From positions 24,919-88,918 of the forward strand of contig JAAYMV010000074.1 in NCBI GenBank assembly GCA_012521185.1: 64,000 nucleotides of DNA, given 5' to 3'. The position numbers were made by a program, and so were the translations under genes. This DNA comes from Bacillota bacterium (GTDB taxonomy: Bacteria; Bacillota; Limnochordia; Darwinibacteriales; DTU012). Positions within the stretch are counted from its first letter, which is position 1. Each line of letters begins with the position of its first letter. Shown here in pieces: positions 47,901 to 58,828 of the stretch. The notes under the pieces were generated by a model, which saw only the letters and a list, made by a program, of their open reading frames with translations, was not told the DNA's origin and ran no database searches.

Positions 47901-48671
47901 ATGATCAAGGTTTTAGTAAGTGGAGCTCTTGGTAAGATGGGCCAAGAAGTAGTAAAGGCAGTTAGCTCTCAAGATGATATGCAGGTTGTTGCAGGAGTAG
48001 ATCCAATTGCAACGGCACCTATTAATGGCATTACTATGTATCAGGACTTAAACGAAGCACTTTCTAAGACTGAAGTAGACGTGGTAGTTGATTTTACTGA
48101 GCCAACCCAGGTTTTAAAAAATATCCAAATCTGTTTAGAAAAAAATGTTCGAGTAGTGGTAGGAACTACTGGAATTTCTGATCAAGATTTAGTATTATTA
48201 CAAGAACAAAGTTCTGATAAAGATTGGGCAGGGATTATTGCACCAAATTTTGCGATTGGAGCAGTTTTGATGATGCGATTTGCCCAAGAAGCAGCTAAAT
48301 TTTTCCCTGATGTAGAGATCATTGAGTACCATCATCAGCAGAAAAAGGATGCACCTTCAGGAACAGCTATAAAAACAGCGGAAATGATTAGCCAAGTGCA
48401 AGTTAATCAAAAGCAAAAAGAAGATCCTACGATTCAAATAATTCCTGGTGCTCGCGGCGGACGATTTGATAATATCAATATTCATAGTGTTCGTTTACCA
48501 GGATATGTTGCTCATCAGGAAGTGATTTTTGGTCTGCCTGGTCAAAACTTAATTATTAGGCATGATTCTACTCATCGGGAAAGCTTTATGCCTGGAGTAT
48601 TGCTTGCAGTCAGGAAGGTTAAAGATTTACAAGGCATAATTTATGGTTTAGAGCATATATTGTTTGATTAA
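47901..48671 (+). CDS. dapB: 4-hydroxy-tetrahydrodipicolinate reductase
   Basis: MIKVLVSGALGKMGQEV Rossmann N-terminus, and EIIEYHHQQKKDAPSGTA. Confidence 0.9.
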   Translation: MIKVLVSGALGKMGQEVVKAVSSQDDMQVVAGVDPIATAPINGITMYQDLNEALSKTEVDVVVDFTEPTQVLKNIQICLEKNVRVVVGTTGISDQDLVLLQEQSSDKDWAGIIAPNFAIGAVLMMRFAQEAAKFFPDVEIIEYHHQQKKDAPSGTAIKTAEMISQVQVNQKQKEDPTIQIIPGARGGRFDNINIHSVRLPGYVAHQEVIFGLPGQNLIIRHDSTHRESFMPGVLLAVRKVKDLQGIIYGLEHILFD

Positions 48672-48676
48672 TGGTC

Positions 48677-48704
48677 ACCAGCTTTTCATCCTCCTCATAT
48701 AGTA
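48677..48704 (+). promoter_or_regulatory. Sigma-K consensus promoter AC-17-CATATAGTA upstream of dpaAB
   Basis: Exact match to AC-17-CATAnnnTA. B. subtilis spoVFAB is sigma-K dependent. Confidence 0.45.
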
Positions 48705-48737
48705 ATTATGAAGTACATCGGGGAGGAGGTAAGTTGG

Positions 48738-49634
48738 ATGAAGTTAGCCAATGTACCAATTACTATGCTCGGTGGCGACTTACGTGAATTAGAGTTAGCC
48801 AAAACATTGCTAGATTACGAAGTTGATTTGCGTTTAGTAGGATTTCCTCCTATGTCAGTAATTAGTCGGGCTAAACATTTTGCAGATGCAGTAGAAGCCG
48901 TTAGAGGAGCAAAATTTGTTCTAGGCCCAATGAGTAATACTGATATGGATGGTTGGATCTTTAATCGACTAGATCAGCTTGATCCAATTGATCTAGTAGA
49001 AGTTATCAAGCATCTGCCAAAGGAGACATATTTATTAATCGGAGTGGCGAAGCCTATTATTGTGGAAATGGCTAGCAAGCACCAGATAAAAATAATTGAA
49101 ACAGCAGAGATTGATGATATAGCAATTTTGAATTCTATTCCGACAGCTGAAGGTGCAATTCAATTAGCCATGGAAGAATTGCCGATAACGATTCATAGTT
49201 CTAAATGTCTTGTGGTAGGTTATGGTCGCTGCGGTATGACTTTAGCACGTTCTCTTGCAGCTTTAGGAGCTAAAGTTACGGTTGCCTCACGTAAGGCAGC
49301 AGATATTGCTCGCATAATAGAAATGGGTTATACGCCTTTACCACTGGCAGATTTATATAGTCAAGTAGATTTTGATGTAATTTTTAATACAGTTCCGGCC
49401 TTAGTATTAACTAAGCAATATTTGAAAAAACTAAGTCGTTCTGTTTTAATAATTGACATAGCAGCTTCACCTGGTGGAGTTGATTATAATACTGCTAATG
49501 ATTTAGGCATCAAAGCCATTCTGGCTTTATCGTTACCAGGTAAAGTCGCTCCAATTACAGCAGGACAAATTTTATCCGATTGTATTCCCCGACTATTAAT
49601 TGAATTATTAGGAGGGGATCAGGGTGCCTCTTAA
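48738..49634 (+). CDS. dpaA: Dipicolinate synthase subunit A
   Basis: SpoVFA-like. NAD-binding fold GYGRCGMTLAR. Position before dpaB and asd. GGGAGGAGG RBS. Confidence 0.85.
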   Translation: MKLANVPITMLGGDLRELELAKTLLDYEVDLRLVGFPPMSVISRAKHFADAVEAVRGAKFVLGPMSNTDMDGWIFNRLDQLDPIDLVEVIKHLPKETYLLIGVAKPIIVEMASKHQIKIIETAEIDDIAILNSIPTAEGAIQLAMEELPITIHSSKCLVVGYGRCGMTLARSLAALGAKVTVASRKAADIARIIEMGYTPLPLADLYSQVDFDVIFNTVPALVLTKQYLKKLSRSVLIIDIAASPGGVDYNTANDLGIKAILALSLPGKVAPITAGQILSDCIPRLLIELLGGDQGAS

Positions 49635-50226
49635 TGGGAAAAATATTGGTTTTGCCTTGACTGGAAGTCATTGCACTTATGAAGATATTTGGCCTCAGGT
49701 AGAAGCATTGATCGCTTTGGGTGCGAATGTTTATCCTTTTGCTTCAGAAACGGTTGTTAATACTGATACACGATTTGGCAAGGGTACAGATATAATCGCT
49801 AAATTTTCAGAAATAACGGGTAAACCGGTAGTTACTGAGATTGTAGATGCAGAGCCTTTTGGACCAAAAAAATTACTTGATGTGGTGATTATTGCACCTT
49901 GTACTGGTAATACCATGGCTAGATTAGCTAATGCCATTACTGATACCGCAGTATTAATGATCGCTAAAGCGCATTTAAGAAATTTAAAACCACTGGTTCT
50001 GGCAATTTCAACTAATGATGGATTAAGTATGAATGCTAAGAACTTAGGGCTGTTATTAAATACACGAAACGTTTATTTTGTACCTTTCGGTCAAGATAAT
50101 CCAGACCAGAAAAGGAATTCTTTGGTGGCGGACATGACTCTAATTATTCCAACATTAGAAAAAGCGTTAGAGTTTGAGCAGCTTCAGCCAATAATCATAG
50201 AACGCTCGATTAGAGCTGTGAAGTAA
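49624..50226 (+). CDS. dpaB: Dipicolinate synthase subunit B (flavoprotein)
   Basis: GKNIGFALTGSHCTYE...IAPCTGNTMARLANAITD. Near-collinear with B. subtilis SpoVFB as I recall it. Confidence 0.9.
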   Translation: MPLNGKNIGFALTGSHCTYEDIWPQVEALIALGANVYPFASETVVNTDTRFGKGTDIIAKFSEITGKPVVTEIVDAEPFGPKKLLDVVIIAPCTGNTMARLANAITDTAVLMIAKAHLRNLKPLVLAISTNDGLSMNAKNLGLLLNTRNVYFVPFGQDNPDQKRNSLVADMTLIIPTLEKALEFEQLQPIIIERSIRAVK

Positions 50227-50241
50227 GGAGGACGTCAATAA

Positions 50242-51252
50242 GTGAATAAAGTTAATGTAGCTATTTTAGGCGCAACAGGTGCAGTAGGTCAGGAGTTATT
50301 GGAAATTTTGCTTGAACGGCAGTTTCCAATTAATTCACTGAAATTACTAGCATCGCCGCGATCAGCTGGAAGAGAGTTAGAGTTTAATGGACAAAAATTT
50401 GTAATTGAAGCTGTCAGCGCAGAAAGTTTTAAAGATGTCGACATTGCCTTTTTCTGTGCCGGAGGAAGTGTCAGCCAGGAATGGGCTCAAGTTGCTACTA
50501 ATGCGGGCGCTGTAGTAATTGACAATACTAGTGCTTTTCGCATGGATCCGAACGTACCGTTAGTAGTGCCAGAAGTTAATGGCGAGGCTGCTTTAAACCA
50601 TCAAGGAATTATTGCCAATCCTAATTGTTCAACAATTATTATGGCTATGGCTTTAAAGCCAATCTATAATGCTGTTGGTATTAAACGAGTGGTAGTTAGC
50701 ACTTATCAAGCAGTGTCTGGTGCAGGCAATCCAGCAATGGATGAATTAAAAGCACAAGTCTTGGCTTATGCCAACGATGACGAAATAAAAGCAGAAGTAT
50801 TCCGTTACCAAATTCTTTTTAATTTAATTCCCCACATCGATGTTGCTGATGAAGCGGGTTATACTAAAGAAGAATGGAAAATGATCAATGAAACCAAAAA
50901 AATATTTGGTGATGATAATATCCAGATCACTGCTACTACAGTGCGGGTACCGGTAATGCGTTCTCATAGTGAGTCGATTAATATTGAAACGCAAGAAAAA
51001 TTAACTGTAGAGCAATGTAAAGAGATTTTGGCTAAAGCTCCTGGTATAAAAGTTTTAGATGATCTAGCTAATTATGAATATCCGATGCCGCTTTATACAT
51101 CGGGAGATGATTATGTTTGGGTCGGACGAATTCGTGAGGATTTAACCGTTGAGAATGGTTTAAATATTTGGGTTGTAGCAGATCAAATTCGTAAGGGAGC
51201 GGCTTTAAATGCTGTACAGATTGGCGAATATCTCTTGCCACATTTGAGGTGA
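50242..51252 (+). CDS. asd: Aspartate-semialdehyde dehydrogenase
   Basis: VAILGATGAVGQ N-terminus, and the active-site NPNCSTI. Confidence 0.9.
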   Translation: MNKVNVAILGATGAVGQELLEILLERQFPINSLKLLASPRSAGRELEFNGQKFVIEAVSAESFKDVDIAFFCAGGSVSQEWAQVATNAGAVVIDNTSAFRMDPNVPLVVPEVNGEAALNHQGIIANPNCSTIIMAMALKPIYNAVGIKRVVVSTYQAVSGAGNPAMDELKAQVLAYANDDEIKAEVFRYQILFNLIPHIDVADEAGYTKEEWKMINETKKIFGDDNIQITATTVRVPVMRSHSESINIETQEKLTVEQCKEILAKAPGIKVLDDLANYEYPMPLYTSGDDYVWVGRIREDLTVENGLNIWVVADQIRKGAALNAVQIGEYLLPHLR

Positions 51253-51257
51253 CTGTG

Positions 51258-52487
51258 ATGGACATATGTGTCCAAAAATTTGGAGGTAGTTCTTTAGCAA
51301 CGTCAGAGCAACGGGTTCACGTCTGTGATCGAATTAATGAAGCTTATGAAAAAGGTTGTCATCCTGTAGTGGTTGTTTCAGCTATGGGTCGCGCAGGTGA
51401 TCCGTATGCTACTGATACCTTGCTAAGTTTAGTTAAATCAGCTGATAGTCAACAGGATGCGCGAAATCTAGATTTGTTACTAGCCTGTGGTGAAATAATC
51501 TCAGCTGTGGTGCTTAGTGAAGCATTAAATGCTCGAGGATTAAAAGCACAAGCTGTCACAGGTTGGCAAGGGGGCATACTGACTGATGCAAATCATGGAA
51601 GTGCTCGGATCTTAAGTATAAATCCAAAGAAAATTTACAGTCTAATAGAAGCAGGCGTGATTCCTGTTGTTGCTGGATTTCAAGGAGCAACTAATGACGG
51701 TGAGATAACCACTCTGGGTCGAGGGGGTAGTGATACTACTGCAGTTGCTTTAGCAGCTGTTTTGAAAACAGGTTATGTGGAAATTTATACGGACGTAGAC
51801 GGAATAAAAACTGTCGATCCCAGAATTATTCCTGATGCTCCTACCTTATCTACTCTGACCTATCGTGAAATAATGGAAATGGCTCATTTAGGAGCCAAAG
51901 TGATTCATCCACGAGCTGTAGAAATCGGCATGGAAGCAGGAATTACCATTCGAGTTCTTTCGACTGTCGAGCCAGGTAAAGGAACGATTATTAGTAGTGG
52001 AAAAGAGGTTGAGCATCCGATTAGTGATCGGGTAGTTACAGGAATCGCCTATATCTCTAATCGTGCTCATGTTCGGATTGCTAGTGAACAAGATTTTAAC
52101 CAATCAAAATTAGCTTTACAAATCTTTCAAGAGCTCGCTAATCATGGTGTTAGTGTTGATTTGATTTATTTATCTCCTAATTTAATAGCTTTTATTATCG
52201 ATCAAGAAATGAGTGACCTAGTTAAAAAGGTATTAGCACCTTATAGGTTGAATATTAGTGTGGAGAAAGGATACACAAAAGTTTCAGTTGTTGGAGCAGG
52301 CATGCATGGAGTACCTGGTGTAATGGCACGGGTAGTTCAAAGTTTAGAACAAGCTAAAGTCGGGATTTATCATACGACAGATTCTCATGCTAATATTTCC
52401 TGCTTAATTAAGGAGGATAAACTGACTGATGCAGTGCAGGCATTGTTCCAGGAATTTGAGTTAAGCAATAAGGAGGGTCAGGAATGA
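51258..52487 (+). CDS. dapG: Aspartate kinase (DAP-pathway aspartokinase I-like, with ACT domains)
   Basis: [25 protein letters not shown], and C-terminal ACT repeats. Confidence 0.9.
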   Translation: MDICVQKFGGSSLATSEQRVHVCDRINEAYEKGCHPVVVVSAMGRAGDPYATDTLLSLVKSADSQQDARNLDLLLACGEIISAVVLSEALNARGLKAQAVTGWQGGILTDANHGSARILSINPKKIYSLIEAGVIPVVAGFQGATNDGEITTLGRGGSDTTAVALAAVLKTGYVEIYTDVDGIKTVDPRIIPDAPTLSTLTYREIMEMAHLGAKVIHPRAVEIGMEAGITIRVLSTVEPGKGTIISSGKEVEHPISDRVVTGIAYISNRAHVRIASEQDFNQSKLALQIFQELANHGVSVDLIYLSPNLIAFIIDQEMSDLVKKVLAPYRLNISVEKGYTKVSVVGAGMHGVPGVMARVVQSLEQAKVGIYHTTDSHANISCLIKEDKLTDAVQALFQEFELSNKEGQE

Positions 52488-53371
52488 AGGTAGGTCAGGT
52501 TATTACAGCGATGGTAACACCTATGAAAAAAGATGGTTCTGTTGACTATAAACAAGCAGCGTACTTAGCGGAATGGTTAGCAAATAATGGTTCAGATGGC
52601 CTAGTAGTCTGTGGAACAACAGGCGAATCACCAACTTTAAGCTTCGAAGAAAAGGTTGAATTATATTCGGAAGTAGTTAGTGCCGTTGGCGGTAATATTG
52701 AGGTTATTGCTGGTACTGGTTCATATAATACTGCCGAAAGTATCGATTTAACAAAGGCAGCGGAAAAAGCCGGCGTTGACGGGATTATGTTGGTAACACC
52801 ATATTATAATAAACCAAGTCAAGAAGGGCTTTATCAACATTTTAAAGCTATTGCCGAAAGTTCTTCTTTACCAATTATGCTTTATAACGTTCCATCTAGA
52901 ACGAACGTGAATATCTTGCCAGAAACAGTAGCCAGACTAGCAGAAATTCCAAATATTGTAGCTATCAAAGAAGCGAGCGGCAATTTGGAGCAAGTCAGCT
53001 ATTTAAGAACAATAACACCAGAGAACTTTTTAATTTATTCTGGTGATGACTCCCTAACCTTACCAATTCTTGCTGTTGGAGGTTGTGGTGTAGTTAGTGT
53101 AGCTGCTCATTTGGTAGGTAGACGAATCAAAACAATGGTTGAGGCATTTTTAAGTGGCCGTAGTAAGGAAGCTACTAATATCCACTTGGAGCTGTTGGAT
53201 ATTTTTAGAGCTATGTTTGTGACTACCAATCCCGTTCCTGTTAAACGCAGTTTGGAATTTGTTGGCATAGAAACAGGTCCAGTTAGATTACCATTAGTTG
53301 ATTTAACAGAGTCAGAAACTGAGATAATAAAAGACGTTTTACGTCGATATGGTTTATTAGAACACTCGTAA
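52484..53371 (+). CDS. dapA: 4-hydroxy-tetrahydrodipicolinate synthase
   Basis: VTPM...GTTGES, and the active-site Lys region AIKEASGN. Confidence 0.9.
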   Translation: MKVGQVITAMVTPMKKDGSVDYKQAAYLAEWLANNGSDGLVVCGTTGESPTLSFEEKVELYSEVVSAVGGNIEVIAGTGSYNTAESIDLTKAAEKAGVDGIMLVTPYYNKPSQEGLYQHFKAIAESSSLPIMLYNVPSRTNVNILPETVARLAEIPNIVAIKEASGNLEQVSYLRTITPENFLIYSGDDSLTLPILAVGGCGVVSVAAHLVGRRIKTMVEAFLSGRSKEATNIHLELLDIFRAMFVTTNPVPVKRSLEFVGIETGPVRLPLVDLTESETEIIKDVLRRYGLLEHS

Positions 53372-53387
53372 GAGTGTTCTTTTTTTG
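53360..53387 (+). terminator. Rho-independent terminator (GAACACTC gtaa GAGTGTTC + T8); the dapA stop codon lies in the loop
   Basis: Read directly from the sequence. Confidence 0.8.
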
Positions 53388-53392
53388 CTCAG

Positions 53393-53420
53393 TTGATTTA
53401 AATTTTGATTTTGTTATAAT
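53393..53420 (+). promoter_or_regulatory. Sigma-A-type promoter TTGATT-16-TGtTATAAT (extended -10) for rnj, giving an about 140-nt 5' UTR
   Basis: Read directly from the sequence. Confidence 0.5.
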
Positions 53421-53566
53421 AGAACTAATTGAGTTTGTTCGTGATAAGCACATCGATAGACTACTATTTTTTATTGGGCGGAGGTAGACTATTAATAAGA
53501 TGTGTCGGACATTTAGTTTTCTTAAGCAGTAAGAAGACACTCATATAAATCGGAGGTGTTTTTTTT

Positions 53567-55237
53567 ATGGGAAGTAGTAACAAGAAAAAATTGAGAATGG
53601 TTTCACTAGGCGGAATTGGTGAAATTGGAAAAAATATGATGGTTATGGAATTAGATGATGATCTAATGATTATTGATGCTGGGGTTATGTTTCCAGAAGA
53701 TGATATGCTAGGCGTGGATTTGGTAATTCCAGATATCACTTATTTACTTGAGAATCGGGAACGAATTAGGGGAATTTTTCTCACTCATGGACATGAAGAC
53801 CATATTGGAGCAGTACCTTATATGTTAAAACAAATCAATATTCCTGTTTACGGGACTAAATTAACTTTAGGATTGTTACGTTTAAAACTGCAAGAACATA
53901 ATTTGGAACGTTCTACAGTGCTGCATGAAGTAAAAGCAGGTGACCGGATTCAAGTTGGTGCATTTGATGTAGAGTTTGTTCATGTCAACCATAGTATTCC
54001 AGATGTTGTTGCTATTGCGGTGCATACACCATTAGGTATCGTCATTTATTGCAGTGACTTTAAGTTTGATCAAACCCCAATTGATGGTAAAGTTGCGGAT
54101 TTCCATAAACTTTGTGAGCTAGGGCAAAAGGGCGTGCTATGTTTGATGTCTGATTCGACCAATGCTGAACAACCAGGATACACTGAATCAGAAAGAACTG
54201 TCGGCGAAACATTTGCACGGATTTTTGCTCGAGCGGAGGGCCGGATTTTAGTTGCTACTTTTGCTTCTAATGTTCATCGCTTACAGCAAATTGTTGATGC
54301 AGCAGCGGTTGAGGGTCGAAAAATATGTGTAGTTGGCCGCAGTATGGTTAATGTGGTAAGTATTTCTCAGGAGTTAGGTTATTTGCAAATTCCTGATGAT
54401 ATGCTAATCGATGTGGAAGATGCCGATAAAATTCCCCCAAATAAGCTGGTGGTCATTACCACTGGTAGTCAGGGAGAACCTATGTCTGCCCTAACTCGGA
54501 TTGCCATGGCTGAGCACCGTAAGCTTGAAATCAGCAAAGGGGATACAGTAATTATTTCAGCTAACCCAATTCCAGGTAATGAGAAATCTGTAGGTAAGAT
54601 TATTAATCATCTGTTTAAAGAAGGCGCTAATGTTGTTTACGAGCCTCATCTTGGAATTCATACATCTGGACATGCTAACCAAGAGGAATTGAAATTATTG
54701 CTAAATCTTACAAGACCAAAATATTTCATTCCGATCCATGGCGAACATCGGATGTTAATGAAACATGCTGAGTTGGCTGAATCAGTAGGCGTTCCTAAAG
54801 AAAATATTTTTATTAGTGAGATTGGGTTAGTAATGGAGTTTACTAAAAACTCTTTCCAAGCTAGAGAACGAGTTGCTTCCGGTCAAGTTTTTGTGGATGG
54901 TCTTGGCGTTGGTGACGTTGGTAATATTGTGTTACGCGATCGTCGGCAATTATCTAGTGATGGTATTTTAATTGTTGTAGTAACGATAAATAAGCAGAAT
55001 GGTACTGTCTTAGCTGGTCCAGATATAGTCTCGCGTGGTTTTGTTTATGTTCGTGAGTCTGAGCGATTGATGGAAGAATCACGAGAAAAGGTGAAAGCTG
55101 TCTTAGAAGAATTAGAATCTCAAGGTGTTAAAGAGTGGGGAGCCTTGAAAAGCTCCGTGCGTGAAACGTTATCTCGCTATTTATATGAAAAGACTAAACG
55201 TCGCCCAATGATCTTGCCAATAATTATGGAAGTATAA
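53567..55237 (+). CDS. rnj: Ribonuclease J (metallo-beta-lactamase/beta-CASP RNase)
   Basis: HGHEDHIG motif, a beta-CASP region, and a length of 556 aa. Occupies the ymfA position. Confidence 0.9.
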   Translation: MGSSNKKKLRMVSLGGIGEIGKNMMVMELDDDLMIIDAGVMFPEDDMLGVDLVIPDITYLLENRERIRGIFLTHGHEDHIGAVPYMLKQINIPVYGTKLTLGLLRLKLQEHNLERSTVLHEVKAGDRIQVGAFDVEFVHVNHSIPDVVAIAVHTPLGIVIYCSDFKFDQTPIDGKVADFHKLCELGQKGVLCLMSDSTNAEQPGYTESERTVGETFARIFARAEGRILVATFASNVHRLQQIVDAAAVEGRKICVVGRSMVNVVSISQELGYLQIPDDMLIDVEDADKIPPNKLVVITTGSQGEPMSALTRIAMAEHRKLEISKGDTVIISANPIPGNEKSVGKIINHLFKEGANVVYEPHLGIHTSGHANQEELKLLLNLTRPKYFIPIHGEHRMLMKHAELAESVGVPKENIFISEIGLVMEFTKNSFQARERVASGQVFVDGLGVGDVGNIVLRDRRQLSSDGILIVVVTINKQNGTVLAGPDIVSRGFVYVRESERLMEESREKVKAVLEELESQGVKEWGALKSSVRETLSRYLYEKTKRRPMILPIIMEV

Positions 55238-55291
55238 AGCGTGTTTATTTTTGCCTCTTATTCCTCATACTAAGATTAAGATGAGGAAAGG

Positions 55292-56032
55292 GTGATACAA
55301 GTGAACATGCCTCAAAACGAACAAACTACACAGTCTAATCTACAAAACATTCGTCAATTAGGCCAAATGAATTTACCAGATGGCGCCTTGCCTTTCCACG
55401 TATTGCCAATTATTGGACAAGTGGAAGGGCATATGGTATTACCACCAAGAAATAAGACTACTAAATATGAGCATGTTATTCCACAATTAGTGGCAATTGA
55501 ACAAAATCCTAGAATTAAAGGGTTGCTGATTATCTTAAATACTGTTGGCGGCGACATTGAGGCTGGTCTTGCAATTGCAGAAATGATTCGCACTATGTCA
55601 AAGCCAACGGTTTCTCTAGTACTTGGTGGCGGACATTCGATCGGTACTCCCATTGCTGTGGCCGCTGATTATTCTTATATTTGTGAAACAGCCACCATGA
55701 CTATTCATCCGGTTCGGTTAACGGGGATGGTCATCGGAGTACCGCAAACTTATGATTATTTAGATAAGATGCAAGAGCGGATTCTTCGATTTATAGTGGA
55801 GAATTCCCGTATTCCTATGGAGCAATTACGGGAAATGATGTTTCGTACTGGTGAACTAGTACGAGATGTGGGAACAGTTTTAATAGGAGAAGACGCAGTT
55901 CGCTGTGGTTTAATCGATCAAATTGGTGGATTGGGCGATGCTATTGAGCGTTTACAAAGTTTTATTATGAATCCCCATCTAGTACGAAAAAATACTTTTC
56001 GACCGCTGCCTCAACCTGGTTTTTATAATTAG
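55292..56032 (+). CDS. tepA: ClpP-family translocation-enhancing protein TepA-like
   Basis: ClpP/crotonase fold, at the ymfB position after the RNase J gene. Confidence 0.75.
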   Translation: MIQVNMPQNEQTTQSNLQNIRQLGQMNLPDGALPFHVLPIIGQVEGHMVLPPRNKTTKYEHVIPQLVAIEQNPRIKGLLIILNTVGGDIEAGLAIAEMIRTMSKPTVSLVLGGGHSIGTPIAVAADYSYICETATMTIHPVRLTGMVIGVPQTYDYLDKMQERILRFIVENSRIPMEQLREMMFRTGELVRDVGTVLIGEDAVRCGLIDQIGGLGDAIERLQSFIMNPHLVRKNTFRPLPQPGFYN

Positions 56033-56046
56033 AGGGAGGCCAAGAG

Positions 56047-56256
56047 ATGCTGTATACAATCGTGCCCTATGATGATATTTTTAGCGAAACAGATTCAATA
56101 GCAAATAGGCAGGAAATAACTATTGGTGGGGTAATTATGCAGATCGAGCCAGGAGAAGGGAATCTAGGTAAAATATCTCGCTTAATAAGTACCAATCCGC
56201 AAGATTATTTGAATCCTCGTTATCAGCCTGGAACGATAGTGTTTTTCACAGAATAA
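56047..56256 (+). CDS. YlzJ-like family protein
   Basis: MLYTIVPYDDIF N-terminus and position after tepA. Confidence 0.6.
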   Translation: MLYTIVPYDDIFSETDSIANRQEITIGGVIMQIEPGEGNLGKISRLISTNPQDYLNPRYQPGTIVFFTE

Positions 56257-56293
56257 CTGTTATAACTGTAAGGTAAATCGCATATGATTTACC

Positions 56294-57220
56294 ATGACAC
56301 TTATCAATTTGCTTTTTAACCTAAGTTTAAGTTTATTAATTTTTGGCATTAGCTTGCGAGTATTAAGCACTAGTATGAGTGCTTTTCTAGGAACCAGACT
56401 GCAAAAAGCTTTAATTGTATTGACTAGTAATTCACCCTTAAGTATTTTAACTGGAGCTATAGCAACCGCGTTTGTTCAAAGCAGCAGTACGGTTAACGTA
56501 TTGATGGTTACCTTAGTTAATGCTAATCTGCTTAATTTATATCAAGCCTTCGGAGTCGTTTTGGGTGCTAATATTGGGACAACGGTCACCGCTCAGATCG
56601 TTAGTTTTAATTTGTCTCAATATGCTATCCCAATGATGCTCTGTGGGCTTTTTCTCTTTCCTTGGACCAATAAGTCGCGGATAGCTGGTAGTTCACTAAT
56701 CGGCTTAGGCGGATTATTTTTTGGTTTAAATTTAATAAAACAGTCTTTGTGGCCAGTACTAGCTTATCCTTTAACCCTAAAGCTGCTTATAAGTTTAAGT
56801 GAAAATATTTATCTTGGAATAGTGCTAGGAATTGTTTTTTCAGCGATTATCCAGTCAAGCAGTCTAGTAACTACTTTAGTCATTGCTTTAGCCCAAATGC
56901 AAGCCTTAAATTTGCAAAGTGCTATTGCTATTGCGTTGGGAAGCAATATTGGTACAGTGGCAACTACATTAATCTCTAGTATTGGACTTTCTAAAGAGGC
57001 TAAAGCTACAGCTTATGCTGATCTTTTGTTTAATGTTTTAGGAGTACTTTTTTTATTACCGTTTATTAAGCAATTTGCCTTTATAATAAGCTTGACTTCT
57101 CAAGATCCTGGGCGGCAAGTGGCTAACGCTCATACTATTTTCAATGTAATTACTGCTTTTTTAATTGTACCTTTTATTAGACCTTTAGCTAATCTAGCTC
57201 GCCGTTGTGCAGGAATTTAA
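56294..57220 (+). CDS. Na/Pi-cotransporter (PNaS) family membrane protein, short form
   Basis: QSSSTVNVLMV and QSSSLVTTLVIA repeat motifs. Confidence 0.8.
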   Translation: MTLINLLFNLSLSLLIFGISLRVLSTSMSAFLGTRLQKALIVLTSNSPLSILTGAIATAFVQSSSTVNVLMVTLVNANLLNLYQAFGVVLGANIGTTVTAQIVSFNLSQYAIPMMLCGLFLFPWTNKSRIAGSSLIGLGGLFFGLNLIKQSLWPVLAYPLTLKLLISLSENIYLGIVLGIVFSAIIQSSSLVTTLVIALAQMQALNLQSAIAIALGSNIGTVATTLISSIGLSKEAKATAYADLLFNVLGVLFLLPFIKQFAFIISLTSQDPGRQVANAHTIFNVITAFLIVPFIRPLANLARRCAGI

Positions 57221-57259
57221 TGTTAGCAAGCGAAATATTCTAGATAACTTAGATGGGAG

Positions 57260-58084
57260 ATGAAGTCTTTGAATTTGTTGGAAGCTATTTTTTTAGGTGT
57301 TATTCAAGGAATTACAGAATTTTTGCCAGTGAGTTCTTCTGGCCATTTGGTATTATTTAGTTCCTTACTAGGTATTCAAGAAGCCAACTTAACCTATGAG
57401 ATCTTTTTACATTTTGGCACATTACTAGCTGTTTTTTTTGCCTTTAAACCTGATATCATGCTTTTAATTCAAGCTTTTATTAAACTGATAAAGGCACCTG
57501 GAGATTTTAAGCAGCTTTACCAGACTGATTCTGGTGTAAAAATGCTTATAGCAATTATTATTGGAACTTTGCCATTGGTTTTCGTAGGCCTTTTTGTTCA
57601 AGACTTTATTAGAGATTTGTTTTCTAGCCCAAAATTTACAGGCTATATGTTGTTATTAACTGGAACGATCTTATTCATTTCTAGCAAAGTTAACGACGGG
57701 AAAAAAGAAATCGAACGAATTAGTATGTTAGATGGATTGATTATTGGATTAGGGCAGGCCTGTGCTGTAGTTCCAGGTCTTTCTCGGTCGGGCACTACAA
57801 TTGCTACTGGGTTACTTAAAGGATTAGAAAGAGAAAGTGCAGCTCGGTTTTCTTTTCTTTTATCAATTCCGGCAATTTTAGGAGCTCAGGTATTAGCAAT
57901 TGGTGATTTATTCTCAGCGGAGGCCATTAGTACACCATTATGGATGATGCTTATTGGGACTTTGGTATCGGCAATTGTTGGTTATTTAGCAATCAAATTA
58001 TTATTAAAATTTGTTAGACAAGGACGCTTAATCATCTTTTCTTATTATACATGGGCAGTGGGCTTGTTAGTTCTATTTTTATAG
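57260..58084 (+). CDS. uppP: Undecaprenyl-diphosphate phosphatase
   Basis: GITEFLPVSSSGHL...PGLSRSGTTI. Confidence 0.9.
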   Translation: MKSLNLLEAIFLGVIQGITEFLPVSSSGHLVLFSSLLGIQEANLTYEIFLHFGTLLAVFFAFKPDIMLLIQAFIKLIKAPGDFKQLYQTDSGVKMLIAIIIGTLPLVFVGLFVQDFIRDLFSSPKFTGYMLLLTGTILFISSKVNDGKKEIERISMLDGLIIGLGQACAVVPGLSRSGTTIATGLLKGLERESAARFSFLLSIPAILGAQVLAIGDLFSAEAISTPLWMMLIGTLVSAIVGYLAIKLLLKFVRQGRLIIFSYYTWAVGLLVLFL

Positions 58085-58151
58085 CAGGAACCTACGACTC
58101 TATTAGCGAATTTGATCATAACGAAAGATTCGATTAGGAGAGATCAGAGTA

Positions 58152-58826
58152 GTGGGTTTAACAGAAAACTTAGAGAACATTCGAACTAGGATTGCTCAAG
58201 CTTGTGCCCGCGTTAATCGCAATCCTAAGGAAGTAAAGCTATTGGCTGTCACTAAAAGTGTAGATGAAGAAATGCTTGCTAAATTAGCACAAGCTGGTGT
58301 AAAATCATTTGGTGAAAATCGGATTCAGCAGGCTCGAACAAGATTAAAATTGTTTCCTGATATTGAATGGCACTTCATTGGTAGTTTGCAGACCAATAAG
58401 GTACGATATTGTAAAGATTTCACTTTGATTCATTCCTTAGATCGCTTAAATCTAGCCGAGGCCTTGAATCGGCGAGCACAGCAATGGAACAAACAAGTGA
58501 ATGTCCTAGTACAAGTGAATATTTCTGGTGAAGAATCAAAACATGGGGTCAAACCAAGTGAGACCTTGTCTTTTGTTAAAACCATTAGTGAGCAGTTTCC
58601 AAATTTGAATATTAAAGGATTAATGGGGATGGCTCCTTATGGTTCGCCAGAGAGTACACGACCATATTTTAGGACATTAGCTAATTTACAAAAGCAGATT
58701 GCGGACGAAACTGATCTGCAGCCAACAGTTTTATCAATGGGAATGAGTAATGATTTTGAGATAGCTATAGAAGAAGGTGCAACACTAATCCGGGTGGGAA
58801 CAGCATTATTTGAAGGGGAGGCTTAA
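58152..58826 (+). CDS. YggS-family pyridoxal-phosphate homeostasis protein
   Basis: LLAVTKSV (PLP Lys), HFIGSLQTNKV. Confidence 0.9.
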   Translation: MGLTENLENIRTRIAQACARVNRNPKEVKLLAVTKSVDEEMLAKLAQAGVKSFGENRIQQARTRLKLFPDIEWHFIGSLQTNKVRYCKDFTLIHSLDRLNLAEALNRRAQQWNKQVNVLVQVNISGEESKHGVKPSETLSFVKTISEQFPNLNIKGLMGMAPYGSPESTRPYFRTLANLQKQIADETDLQPTVLSMGMSNDFEIAIEEGATLIRVGTALFEGEA

Positions 58827-58828
58827 AC

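Noticed and set aside
55238-55291. Hairpin TTCCTCAT...ATGAGGAA between rnj and tepA as a terminator
   Set aside because: It has no downstream T-run and is probably just an intercistronic stem-loop. Too weak to call.
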